From contig CANLUL010000002.1 of the NCBI GenBank assembly GCA_947494305.1, positions 303,727 to 367,726 on the forward strand: a stretch of 64,000 nt of DNA, given 5' to 3'. This document shows, piece by piece, positions 9,761-19,153 of the stretch. Position 1 is the first letter of the stretch. Every line of letters starts with the position of its first letter. The notes beneath the pieces were generated by a model. The model did not search any database. It was not told the DNA's origin and saw only the letters and a program-made list of their open reading frames with translations. The stretch comes from an uncultured Sphingomonadaceae bacterium. Its GTDB lineage: Bacteria > Pseudomonadota > Alphaproteobacteria > Sphingomonadales > Sphingomonadaceae. The translations under genes and the position numbers were made by a program.

Positions 9761-10621
9761 TTATGCGTTGGCATCAAAATAGGGGCGATCGCCCTTTATC
9801 GTCGCGCGCTGCATTATCCGGCGCGCAGGAAAATAGTCAGAAGAGGCAAAATGCTGACAGGCCCGATTATCCCAAAAGGCAATGGCACCTTTTGTCCAGC
9901 GGAACCGGCACTGGATTTCCGGATTGGCCGCGGTCGCGTATAGACGCTTAAGCAGGGCCGCGCTTTCTTCTGGTTCCAGGTCGACAATGTGACTGGTGAA
10001 AGCGCCATTGACATAAAGCGTTCTGAGCCCAGTTTCAGGATGCGTGCGCACAATGGGATGTTCTTCAGGCGGATATTTATCGTGCAATTCTTCCGGTTTC
10101 TTGTTGAGCCGCTTTGCAAAGACACGCGCGATATCATGCATCGCAGTCATACCGGTAATTTTCTCGCGAATATCTTCGGGCAGATTTTCATAAGCCAGAT
10201 TCATATTGGCAAACAGCGTGTCCCCACCAACTGGGGGAATTTCGATGGCATTTAAGACGGATCCCAATGAAGGCTCTGCGCGCCATGTGACATCGCTGTG
10301 CCACATATTCTCTTGGCCCTTGCTCTTGGGTCCATGTTCGATGCGGAGAACTTCTGGGTTGGGTTGATCTTTTGGCGTTGCCGGGTGGATCTCCAAATCG
10401 CCGAAACGTTTGGCAAATGCCAAAAGCTGTTCCTGTGTCAAATCCTGATCGCGGAAAAAAATCACTTTATGATCGAGCAACGCCTGCCGGATTTCTGCAA
10501 TGACCGCATCGCTAAGCTCGGTAGCGGTAGAAACACCACCTATCTCGGCTCCAATGGCTGGAGTCAGTTGTTGAATTTCAAAACTGCCAGTTGTTTCTGG
10601 CATCGAAGCGACACTCGCCAT
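9761..10621 (-). CDS. TauD/TfdA-family Fe(II)/2-oxoglutarate dioxygenase
   Basis: LTPAIGAEI, WHSDVTW (HxD), GGDTLFAN, HPIVRTHPETG, FWDNRACQH. Confidence 0.92.
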   Translation of the reverse strand: MASVASMPETTGSFEIQQLTPAIGAEIGGVSTATELSDAVIAEIRQALLDHKVIFFRDQDLTQEQLLAFAKRFGDLEIHPATPKDQPNPEVLRIEHGPKSKGQENMWHSDVTWRAEPSLGSVLNAIEIPPVGGDTLFANMNLAYENLPEDIREKITGMTAMHDIARVFAKRLNKKPEELHDKYPPEEHPIVRTHPETGLRTLYVNGAFTSHIVDLEPEESAALLKRLYATAANPEIQCRFRWTKGAIAFWDNRACQHFASSDYFPARRIMQRATIKGDRPYFDANA

Positions 10622-10781
10622 GATTATCCTCTCTCATTAATTTGGATCTTATCTAGCATGAAAAACCGGCAAACCGCCAATCGCAATTCTTGAAAAGGAA
10701 AAAGAGCTTTCTAGATGCAGCAACCCTTTGCTAGTCGACAACCAATCGCCTGTCCGCCAAATCTATCAAGAGGAAGATGCA

Positions 10782-11675
10782 ATGGGATCAGAAGCTGCCC
10801 ATATCGAACCCGTTTTGGATATCTCTAATGAGGAGCGATCCTTTTGCGAAGCGCAGACCAATCATGTGAATTATGACGGCTTGGATCGGCTTTTTTATTT
10901 GGGGAACTACCAACGCGAACTGCCTGTCAATATAGCGCGAATGATAGAAAATGCGCATGACTGGGAACATTTACCGTTTGTCCATCCCTCTGCTTTCTCG
11001 GCCATAGAATTAATTGATAGCGGGTCCTGGGGTTGGCGTACGAAGGTCGAGTTGCCAGGAACCGGTGAAACACAATTGCTTCAACTATTGGTTGATAATG
11101 AACAGAATTATTGGGCGACGACTGTGCTCTCCGGTTCAGGAGAAGGCGTTCATATCCATACTCAGGCTACATCGATTTCTGATGAGAAGATCAATGTTGA
11201 TGTCCGTTTCTATCTAGAAGAAAAACCTGTTTCGGATGAGATGGCGACCATGACGCTTGGCTATCTGCAAGCTCTTTATACGCAGCTATATGATGAAGAT
11301 CAGGTGCTGATGAAGGGAAGGCAGCAGGCTTTGGATCGCAGATCGGAAACCGCTGTAACCGATGTGCATGTGCTGGAACTTGGGCTGGCTGAAGATCTAC
11401 AACCAGATTTGCCGATTGTTTTTGCATTTCAGAACAATCGATATTGTCTGAATCAATGGAAGGGTGAATGGGTCGTATATGGCGCCACCTGTCCACACTT
11501 GCTTGGGCCGCTTGGCGATGGAAAAGTTGGCGAGGATGGCAGTGTGTCCTGTCCCTGGCATGGTTATCGGTTTGACATAAAATCGGGACGCAACTTGGAT
11601 GGTAAGTGTGGGGATCTCCCAAGCCCTCCTCAAGTAGAAGAGCGATCGGGATCCATTATTATCAAACCCAATTAG
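10782..11675 (+). CDS. Rieske non-heme iron oxygenase-like protein with inverted domain order
   Basis: N-terminal catalytic-domain motif ENAHDWEHLPFVH and distal YDEDQVLMKGRQ. C-terminal Rieske motif CPH-x17-CPWH. Confidence 0.75.
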   Translation: MGSEAAHIEPVLDISNEERSFCEAQTNHVNYDGLDRLFYLGNYQRELPVNIARMIENAHDWEHLPFVHPSAFSAIELIDSGSWGWRTKVELPGTGETQLLQLLVDNEQNYWATTVLSGSGEGVHIHTQATSISDEKINVDVRFYLEEKPVSDEMATMTLGYLQALYTQLYDEDQVLMKGRQQALDRRSETAVTDVHVLELGLAEDLQPDLPIVFAFQNNRYCLNQWKGEWVVYGATCPHLLGPLGDGKVGEDGSVSCPWHGYRFDIKSGRNLDGKCGDLPSPPQVEERSGSIIIKPN

Positions 11676-11704
11676 AACCACGACCTGAAACGTAAAAAAT
11701 GGTC

Positions 11705-11719
11705 TTAAATTTTCGTTAA
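11705..11719. promoter_or_regulatory. CtrA-type box upstream of the DUF885 gene
   Basis: Exact TTAA-N7-TTAA (TTAAATTTTCGTTAA) ending 67 bp upstream of the likely ATG. Confidence 0.5.
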
Positions 11720-11785
11720 ATTTGTGCATTGCGGTTTCAGATGTTACGAAACCTTCTGTTGAGTACAAACGAAAGTTACGCAGTC

Positions 11786-13618
11786 ATGAAATTATATGTT
11801 ATTTTAGCCGCAACAACGATGTTGGCCGCTTGTGGTGCAAATGGAGCGGGCGTCACCAGTGCGAGTGATAAGCCCGCAGCGCGTGTCGTTGCAGCGCCAA
11901 CAAGCGCAGCAAATGCCGAAATGGCAAAACTTTTCGATGACTATGACAAGCAGGAACTGTCTTTTTCTCCTGTGGGGAAAGCTTATCGCGGCATTCGTGA
12001 TGATGATTATGGCAAGTGGGATGACCCAAGTGATCAAGCTGCTGTTGCTAGCTATGAACGCGGACAAAAGGCCCTTGCTGAGCTGGAGTCGCGGTTCGCA
12101 CCATCAAGTTTGAACGATTCTGATCAACTTAGTTATCGGCTTTTTCAAGCCAGAGCTGACCGCGCCAAAGCGGCTTTCGAGTTTCGAAAAAACCATTATA
12201 TTTTTGACCAGATGAACGGCGTACAAAGTGATCTGCCGGCTTTCTTGATCAATATCCATCGTGTGATGAATAAAGCGGATGCGGAGGCTTATGTCAGCCG
12301 ACTTGACGGCGTTGGCCCGCGCATGGATGTGTTGATTTCACAATCCAGAGAAAGAGCCAACAATGGCGTAATCGTTCCCGATTGGGTGTTCCCCTATGTG
12401 ATCAATGATTCAAAAAACATAATCAGCGGTGCACCATTTGATGACGGAGATGATTCCCCCATTTTTGCTGATCTGAAAAAGAAAGTCACTGCGCTGGATA
12501 TTTCAAAATCCGAGAAGTCGGATCTTATCGCAAGCGGAGCGGCGGCACTTACTGGCAGCTTTGGTCCAGCTTATGAAAGGCTGATCGCTGAAATGAAAAG
12601 GCAGCAATCCACTGCCGTTGATGGCGATGGTGTTTGGCGGTTTAAAGATGGCGCAGCTTATTATGCTGAGCGGCTCAAAAATTATACGACCACCGATCTA
12701 ACGGCCGATGAAATTCATCAAATTGGTTTGGATAATGTCGCGCGTATTCATGGTGAGATGCGTAAGATTATGGCAAAAGTGGGATTTGAGGGAACATTGG
12801 GAGAGTTTTTTGTTCACCTGCGGACCAGTGATCAATATTTCCATACCAGCCGAGAGGATTATCTGGCCGAAGCCAACACCAAATTGGCCGCGATGGAAAA
12901 GAAGCTTCCGGAATTTTTCAACACCCTCCCAAAAGCACCTTTTGTCATCAAACCAGTTGAGGCATTTCGCGAAAAATCGGCGGGCAAAGCCTTTTATCAG
13001 CGACCCGCACCGGACGGATCACGGCCTGGGACTTACTATGTCAATCTCTATGATTTGAAAGGCATGTCGAAGACAGAACTCGAGGCGCTGGCTTATCATG
13101 AGGCGCTCCCGGGTCACCATTTGCAATTGGCCATTCAGACCGAGTTAGGGGATGTGCCCTCATTTCGAAAATTTGGTGGTATTACCGCTTATAGCGAAGG
13201 TTGGGGTCTCTATACGGAGGAATTGGGCAAGGACATGGGGTTCTATACCGATCCCTATTCAGACTTTGGCCGGTTGGGCATGGAATTGTGGCGAGCATGC
13301 CGGCTGGTTGTTGATACCGGGTTACATGACAAACGCTGGAGCAGAGAAAAGGCAATTGATTATCTAACCGAAAATACGCCCAATCCAGATAGCGACATTC
13401 GCAAGGCGATCGAGCGTTATATTGTCTACCCCGGTCAGGCCACCGCCTATATGATAGGTAAGCTCAAGATCCTGGAATTGCGCGCACGGGCACAAAAAGC
13501 GTTGGGATCAAAATTCACGATGGGCGATTTTCATGATGTGATTTTGAAGAGCGGCCCCGTTCCGCTTAATATCATGGAAGAACGGGTTGATAGTTGGATA
13601 GCCGCAAATAAATCCTAG
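11786..13618 (+). CDS. DUF885-family lipoprotein (putative zinc metallopeptidase)
   Basis: Lipobox MLAA-C, YHEALPGHHLQ, YSEGWGLYTE, WRACRLVVDTGLH, PGQATAYMIG. Confidence 0.85.
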   Translation: MKLYVILAATTMLAACGANGAGVTSASDKPAARVVAAPTSAANAEMAKLFDDYDKQELSFSPVGKAYRGIRDDDYGKWDDPSDQAAVASYERGQKALAELESRFAPSSLNDSDQLSYRLFQARADRAKAAFEFRKNHYIFDQMNGVQSDLPAFLINIHRVMNKADAEAYVSRLDGVGPRMDVLISQSRERANNGVIVPDWVFPYVINDSKNIISGAPFDDGDDSPIFADLKKKVTALDISKSEKSDLIASGAAALTGSFGPAYERLIAEMKRQQSTAVDGDGVWRFKDGAAYYAERLKNYTTTDLTADEIHQIGLDNVARIHGEMRKIMAKVGFEGTLGEFFVHLRTSDQYFHTSREDYLAEANTKLAAMEKKLPEFFNTLPKAPFVIKPVEAFREKSAGKAFYQRPAPDGSRPGTYYVNLYDLKGMSKTELEALAYHEALPGHHLQLAIQTELGDVPSFRKFGGITAYSEGWGLYTEELGKDMGFYTDPYSDFGRLGMELWRACRLVVDTGLHDKRWSREKAIDYLTENTPNPDSDIRKAIERYIVYPGQATAYMIGKLKILELRARAQKALGSKFTMGDFHDVILKSGPVPLNIMEERVDSWIAANKS

Positions 13619-13809
13619 CGCTGCGGCTATTGGATTTAGGAAATATATTTGTCCGCGAATTTGGCATTTGTCCAATAATGTCAATGGTTGCAGAAAAATG
13701 TGTCGTTTTTGTCCAATATTTTAAACAGGGAAATGGGGCATGTCGTTCCTGCGACCCGAAGAACTCTGGATAGTGATTTATCACTAGTACAGGGGTCTTT
13801 TCCTTAATG

Positions 13810-13843
13810 GCCTGGCTGAAATTTTCAGTCAGGCTTTTTTTTT
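13810..13843 (+). terminator. Rho-independent terminator
   Basis: GCCTGGCTGAA / TTCAGTCAGGC stem followed by T9. Confidence 0.85.
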
Positions 13844-13919
13844 CCTTTTATTTTCAGCTATAAAGGCGCAACCATTAGCTAACTGGTTCGGGGAAGAATC
13901 AGAACAAAGGGATCGCGCT

Positions 13920-14762
13920 TTGGTTAGTTTGAAATATTTTGCCCCCGCTGAGGATGTGCGGAGCCTTGTCTCGGTCTACTATTTCTTTGACGTGGAAGAG
14001 CCCAGTTTTGCGGACAACGAACGCGCTGCGATTGCTCAATTGCGTTTTATTCTGGACGGCAAGGGAAAGCTTAGTTTCGCCGATGGATCGTCCTATCCCG
14101 TCGAAGGAGCGATGCTGGTCGGGCCATCAACGGGCGCGATGCATTTCGACGTGAAGGGGCCGTTTCGGATGTTCGGCGTGGGTATGTTGCCCCTGGGTTG
14201 GGCCACGACCACCAAAAAATCGGCAGCCGATTATGCAGATCTCGTGCTTCCCGCGCGAGAGGTGTTCACCGACGAAATTGAAAAAAATCTTCATACCTTG
14301 CGCGGCTGTAATTCGCCCGAAGAGATGGTGGAGTGGGCTGACAAAGTCTATCGCTCAATGCTGCCGCGGATAAAACCGGAGACTGTAGAGTTCACCGAGA
14401 TGGTGGACCATTGGCTCTCCTCTGAACCCTCTCCGCCAGTCAGTGCATTAATGGCCCTTTCCCAGCAAAGTTCCCGGCAAGTTTTGCGAATGGTCAACAA
14501 GCTTTATGGAATGCCGCCCAAATATTTGGCGCGAAAGTACCGGGCTTTACGAGCCGCTCGAGCCTTTGCAGAAGATAATGAGGAAGAGCTGCTGGAGCTC
14601 GAAGACGCATTTTATGATCAATCCCATATGATTCGCGAGATCAAGTTCTTTGCCGGCGTGACGCCAACAAAATTGCGTGTGTCGGAAGGGGCAACCGCCA
14701 AACTCATCGACAAGCGTAAGGACTTGAAGGGCAAAATTCCGCCTTTGGTGTCTGATACCTGA
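13920..14762 (+). CDS. AraC-family transcriptional regulator
   Basis: N-terminal cupin-like domain. C-terminal double HTH (RQVLRMVNKLYGMPPKYLAR; FYDQSHMIREIKFFAGVTP). Confidence 0.85.
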   Translation: MVSLKYFAPAEDVRSLVSVYYFFDVEEPSFADNERAAIAQLRFILDGKGKLSFADGSSYPVEGAMLVGPSTGAMHFDVKGPFRMFGVGMLPLGWATTTKKSAADYADLVLPAREVFTDEIEKNLHTLRGCNSPEEMVEWADKVYRSMLPRIKPETVEFTEMVDHWLSSEPSPPVSALMALSQQSSRQVLRMVNKLYGMPPKYLARKYRALRAARAFAEDNEEELLELEDAFYDQSHMIREIKFFAGVTPTKLRVSEGATAKLIDKRKDLKGKIPPLVSDT

Positions 14763-14892
14763 TCAACTTGTGGGAATAGATGGAAGCCTCGTAGGCCTTG
14801 AAATCAGGGATTCAGTGCCGACAAGTCTTGCCATGTTGGATAAAGTGGACTAAATCAATCTTGTTTTAAACAAAGCGATTGATTCGAGAAAA

Positions 14893-15348
14893 ATGCGCCT
14901 TTCCAACCTTGCCGACTATGCTGTTGTGCTGATGTCCGCTGCAACGCGGCATTGCGGTGCTGCGCTATTGGCAGAAGGAAAGCTGAATGCGGCGAAATTA
15001 TCGCAAGAAACCGGTGTTCCGCTGCCCACAGCGAAAAAGCTGGTCAGCAAACTGACAACGGCTGGCCTTATCGAATCAACCCGCGGCATTGGCGGCGGTA
15101 TAAGATTGGCGCGTCCACCAGCCTCGATCAGCCTTGCTGATATTGTTGAGGCGGTGGAGGGGCCGCTGGCGATTACCAGCTGCGTCATTGATGGCAATCA
15201 TGATTGCAAATTGGAGACCGGTTGCACCGTCAAACCGCATTGGGGCGTTGTGAACAATACTATCCGTAACGCGCTAAGCGATGTTAGCCTGGCGAGTCTT
15301 TCCGACCTCCCCACCGCACCGAAATTACAAGTAATGGAAAAAGCATGA
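14893..15348 (+). CDS. Rrf2-family SUF system regulator
   Basis: [25 protein letters not shown], three Cys (SC...DC...GC); first gene of the suf operon. Confidence 0.9.
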   Translation: MRLSNLADYAVVLMSAATRHCGAALLAEGKLNAAKLSQETGVPLPTAKKLVSKLTTAGLIESTRGIGGGIRLARPPASISLADIVEAVEGPLAITSCVIDGNHDCKLETGCTVKPHWGVVNNTIRNALSDVSLASLSDLPTAPKLQVMEKA

Positions 15349-16853
15349 GCGAAGATCTCAAATTGGAAGAGCGCAACGAAGAGCGTGCCGAAATGAATGC
15401 CGAAGCGCAGGAAGCAGTTAACAATGCCAGCACGTATGAATTCGGTTGGTCGTCCGACATCGAACAGGATTTTGCACCCAAAGGCCTGAACGAAGGTACG
15501 GTTCGGTTTATTTCTGACAAAAAGGGCGAGCCCGAATGGATGCTCGATTGGCGCCTCAAAGCCTTTCGCATGTGGCAAGAAATGGAATCGCCTGACTGGG
15601 CAAAGTTAGAAATCCCGATGATCGACTATCAGGATGCCTATTATTATGCCGAACCCAAGAAAAAGCCGGAGCTGAACTCACTGGATGAAGTCGACCCGAT
15701 TATTCTTGATACGTACAAGAAATTGGGCATTCCGATTGCCGAGCAGGAAGTGTTGGCCGGGGTGAAAGGCGCGCGTAAGGTTGCCGTCGATGCGGTGTTC
15801 GATAGCGTTAGCGTTGCGACCACTTTTCGCGAAGAACTGGAAAGCGCCGGTGTGATCTTCATGTCGATTTCGGAAGCGATCAAAGAGCATCCGGAATTGA
15901 TTAAAAAGTATCTCGGAAAAGTTGTGCCCATGCGCGACAATTATTTCGCGACGCTCAACTGCGCAGTGTTTAGCGACGGTACATTTGTTTATATTCCCAA
16001 AGGCGTTCGCTGCCCGATGGAGCTGTCGACCTATTTCCGGATCAACGCCGAAAATACTGGCCAGTTTGAGCGGACTTTGATCGTCGCCGACGAAGGTAGC
16101 TATGTATCCTATCTCGAAGGGTGCACCGCGCCGATGCGTGATGAAAATCAACTCCATGCAGCAGTGGTTGAATTGGTCGCAATGGATGATGCGGAGATCA
16201 AATATAGCACCGTACAGAACTGGTATCCCGGCGATGAGAACGGCTTGGGCGGTATCTATAATTTCGTCACCAAGCGGGGGCTTTGTCAGGGCAAGAATAG
16301 CAAGATCAGTTGGACACAGGTCGAGACGGGTAGCGCTGTGACCTGGAAGTATCCCAGCTGCGTGCTCAACGGTGAAAATAGCGTTGGCGAGTTTTACTCG
16401 GTCGCGCTGACCAACAATTATCAGCAGGCCGATACCGGCACAAAGATGATCCACAACGGGAAGAACACGCGCAGCACCATTATCTCCAAGGGGATTAGCG
16501 CGGGCCATAGCGACAACACCTACCGCGGGCTCGTTCGCGTCGGCGCCAATGCGGAAAATGTTCGCAATTTTACCCAGTGTGATAGCCTGTTACTGGGCGA
16601 TAAATCCGGCGCGCATACTGTGCCCTATATCGAGGTGAAAAACCCGACTGCAACGATTGAACATGAAGCGACTACCAGCAAAATTTCCGACGACCAGATG
16701 TTCTATGCCCAGCAACGCGGGCTAGACGAGGAAGAAGCGGTGAGTTTGATTGTGAACGGCTTTGCCAAGGAAGTGCTCAAGGAACTACCGATGGAATTTG
16801 CGGTGGAAGCACAGAAATTGCTGGCGATTAGCCTTGAGGGTTCGGTTGGATGA
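15345..16853 (+). CDS. sufB: Fe-S cluster assembly protein SufB
   Basis: [44 protein letters not shown]. Confidence 0.97.
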   Translation: MSEDLKLEERNEERAEMNAEAQEAVNNASTYEFGWSSDIEQDFAPKGLNEGTVRFISDKKGEPEWMLDWRLKAFRMWQEMESPDWAKLEIPMIDYQDAYYYAEPKKKPELNSLDEVDPIILDTYKKLGIPIAEQEVLAGVKGARKVAVDAVFDSVSVATTFREELESAGVIFMSISEAIKEHPELIKKYLGKVVPMRDNYFATLNCAVFSDGTFVYIPKGVRCPMELSTYFRINAENTGQFERTLIVADEGSYVSYLEGCTAPMRDENQLHAAVVELVAMDDAEIKYSTVQNWYPGDENGLGGIYNFVTKRGLCQGKNSKISWTQVETGSAVTWKYPSCVLNGENSVGEFYSVALTNNYQQADTGTKMIHNGKNTRSTIISKGISAGHSDNTYRGLVRVGANAENVRNFTQCDSLLLGDKSGAHTVPYIEVKNPTATIEHEATTSKISDDQMFYAQQRGLDEEEAVSLIVNGFAKEVLKELPMEFAVEAQKLLAISLEGSVG

Positions 16854-17338
16854 CAAACCTGTCTATCCGGGATGTGCGCAGCGAGGATGCCGCCGAACTG
16901 GCACATCTCCTGAATGCGATTATCGCGCAGGGCGGGACGACGGCTTTGGAAACCGCTTTTTCGGCTGCGCAATTGGATGAGGTCTATTTGACCGGCACGG
17001 ATGTTCTGTGCTGTTTCGTCGCGGCCAATGATAATGAACTGGTCGGATTTCAGACGGTGGTGCGGGAATCACATCTGCCAGATAGTTGTGCCGACATCGC
17101 TACCTTCGCGCGGGTTGAAGGAACGCAAAAGGGCGTTGGAACGCAGCTTTTTTCTGCAACGAAAAAACGCGCAAAAGAACTTGGCCTCACAGAAATTAAT
17201 GCCTGTATCCGCGCAGACAATACTGGCGGATTGGCTTTTTATAGCAAGCAGGGCTTTCGCGATCATTCGGTCGACAAAGCTGTGCCTCTCAATGACGGAA
17301 CACCGGTTGACCGGATAAATAAAAGGTTTTCACTCTAA
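16850..17338 (+). CDS. GNAT N-acetyltransferase (YncA/phosphinothricin-acetyltransferase-like)
   Basis: QKGVGTQL acetyl-CoA motif, [11 protein letters not shown]. Overlaps the sufB stop (ATGA) and the sufC start (TAATG). Confidence 0.8.
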   Translation: MTNLSIRDVRSEDAAELAHLLNAIIAQGGTTALETAFSAAQLDEVYLTGTDVLCCFVAANDNELVGFQTVVRESHLPDSCADIATFARVEGTQKGVGTQLFSATKKRAKELGLTEINACIRADNTGGLAFYSKQGFRDHSVDKAVPLNDGTPVDRINKRFSL

Positions 17339-18087
17339 TGTTAAAAATTAGCAATCTCCACGCCACCGTTGGCGAAACGGAAATCCTCAAAGGGCTTTCG
17401 CTCGAACTGAACCCCGGCGAAATTCATGCGATTATGGGTCCTAATGGTGCGGGAAAATCGACGCTGGCCTATGCGCTGGGCGGTCGGCCCGGCTATGAAG
17501 TGACCAAAGGCAGCGCCTCTTTTGATGGCACAGATTTGCTTGATATAGATCCGCATGAACGCGCCGCGGCCGGTCTGTTTCTCGGCTTCCAATATCCGGT
17601 CGAAATTCCCGGTGTTAGCAACCTGCAATTTCTGCGCGAGAGCCTGAACAGCCAGCGTAAGGAGCGCGGAGAGAAGGAGCTTTCCGGCGCGGAATTTATA
17701 AGGCTAGCCAAGGAAAAGGCCGCCTTGCTCAAGATGGATATGGACATGCTCAAGCGTGCCGTGAATGTCGGATTTTCGGGCGGAGAGAAAAAGCGCAACG
17801 AGATGGTGCAGATGGGGATATTGGATCCGAAGCTCGCCATTCTCGACGAAACCGATAGCGGCCTCGATATTGACGCGCTGCGCATAGTCGGCAGCGGGAT
17901 CAATGCGATCATGCGCAAACCCGACAAGGCGGTGCTTTTGATCACTCACTATCAACGCCTGCTCGACGAAGTGAAACCGGATTTCGTTCACGTCCTCGCC
18001 GACGGACGGATTGTCAAAACCGGCGGTCCCGAATTGGCGTTGCAGCTCGAAAATGAGGGCTATGAAGCCATAGCCGAGGCGGCATAA
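17338..18087 (+). CDS. sufC: Fe-S cluster assembly ATPase SufC
   Basis: Walker A GPNGAGKS, FQYPVEIPG, FSGGEKKR, ILDETDSGLDID. Confidence 0.97.
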   Translation: MLKISNLHATVGETEILKGLSLELNPGEIHAIMGPNGAGKSTLAYALGGRPGYEVTKGSASFDGTDLLDIDPHERAAAGLFLGFQYPVEIPGVSNLQFLRESLNSQRKERGEKELSGAEFIRLAKEKAALLKMDMDMLKRAVNVGFSGGEKKRNEMVQMGILDPKLAILDETDSGLDIDALRIVGSGINAIMRKPDKAVLLITHYQRLLDEVKPDFVHVLADGRIVKTGGPELALQLENEGYEAIAEAA

Positions 18088-18410
18088 TGATTACGTCGCT
18101 TCTGCTTGCGCTTTCCGCCGCTTCAACCGAGCCGCCGATGACGGTGGAACAGGAAATTGTTGTGATTGGCAAACGCCTGGAAAGCATATCGGTCATGGTC
18201 GGCCAAACCCCAAAGGGTAAGCTGACTTGTTCGGTGGACCGGACATCGGGAAGCCTGCGATTGGACAAGAGATTATGCAAGACCGCCGCCAAATGCGTGC
18301 GGAAGAACAAGGATAATCCATCAGACATGGCGATCAAATCCTGCATCGATAAGAAGAAACCAAAGCTGCTTGCCAAACTGCGTCAGGAAATGAGGAGTGA
18401 GCGTCGATGA
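18087..18410 (+). CDS. Small secreted hypothetical protein (4 Cys, EIVVIG motif)
   Basis: Signal-peptide-like N-terminus. Coupled to sufC (TAATG) and sufD (ATGA), filling the gap exactly. Confidence 0.7.
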   Translation: MITSLLLALSAASTEPPMTVEQEIVVIGKRLESISVMVGQTPKGKLTCSVDRTSGSLRLDKRLCKTAAKCVRKNKDNPSDMAIKSCIDKKKPKLLAKLRQEMRSERR

Positions 18411-19153
18411 CTCTTGCACAAACCCTTCCAACCAAGGCTGACGAGGCATGGCGCTATGCGGATTTGAAGGCTGTTGAATCGGTCTGGCAAGCCGTTGATA
18501 TGCCCGAATCTGTTGTTGTGGCCGCCGGGCAATCGGAACAAAAAACGTTGATCCTCGAGACTGGGGAAGCGCAGATCCGCCAACTTCATATTGTGCTGGA
18601 AGAAGGCGCACGAGTGGATGTGGCTTGCCTCGCCGCCGCTCCTGGATATGGCCGTGTTGAGATCGATATTGATGTGGCCAGCGGTGCTCATTTTGAAATG
18701 GGCGGCGCTATTGTTGGCGCAGACGATCAGACATTGGAAATTGTCACGCGCGTCAATCACCATGCGCCAGATGCGACATCGAACCAGGTGGTGCGCAGCG
18801 TATTGGCGGGCAAAGCAACCGGCAGTTTTCTGGGCAAGATTGATATTGCCCGCGATGCGCAGCGGATTGATGCCGAGCAATCGGTCAAGTCGATGCTACT
18901 CAATCGCGGCGCGACGGCCAATGCCAAGCCCGAGCTGGAAATCTATGCCGATGATGTGAAATGCGCCCATGGCGCAACGGTGGGTGAACTCGACAAGCAG
19001 GCCCTGTTCTATATGGCGTCGCGTGGACTCGATCCGGTAACCGCCAAGCGATTGATGCTGCATGCTTTTGTCGCCGATGCCTTTGTCGATGTGGATGGCG
19101 AAACCAGTGCTGTTGAAGAGCAGGCACTTGCTGCGCTGGAGGCGTTGTTGTGA
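18407..19153 (+). CDS. sufD: SufD (short form, C-terminal beta-helix)
   Basis: EAWRYADL, AKPELEIYADDVKCAHGATVG, FYMASRG; lies between sufC and sufS. Confidence 0.88.
   Translation: MTLAQTLPTKADEAWRYADLKAVESVWQAVDMPESVVVAAGQSEQKTLILETGEAQIRQLHIVLEEGARVDVACLAAAPGYGRVEIDIDVASGAHFEMGGAIVGADDQTLEIVTRVNHHAPDATSNQVVRSVLAGKATGSFLGKIDIARDAQRIDAEQSVKSMLLNRGATANAKPELEIYADDVKCAHGATVGELDKQALFYMASRGLDPVTAKRLMLHAFVADAFVDVDGETSAVEEQALAALEALL

Noticed and set aside
14841-14866. Possible Rrf2 operator (GACT-N5-AATC) upstream of the suf operon
   Set aside because: Imperfect palindrome; plausible but too weak to call by eye.
15678-16508. 276-aa antisense ORF within sufB
   Set aside because: Shadow of a conserved gene; no recognisable motifs.
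18407-19153. SufD is much shorter than the E. coli protein: pseudogene?
   Set aside because: It has an intact start, coupling to both neighbours and the conserved C-terminal CAHG motif. As I recall, short SufD is usual in this lineage.
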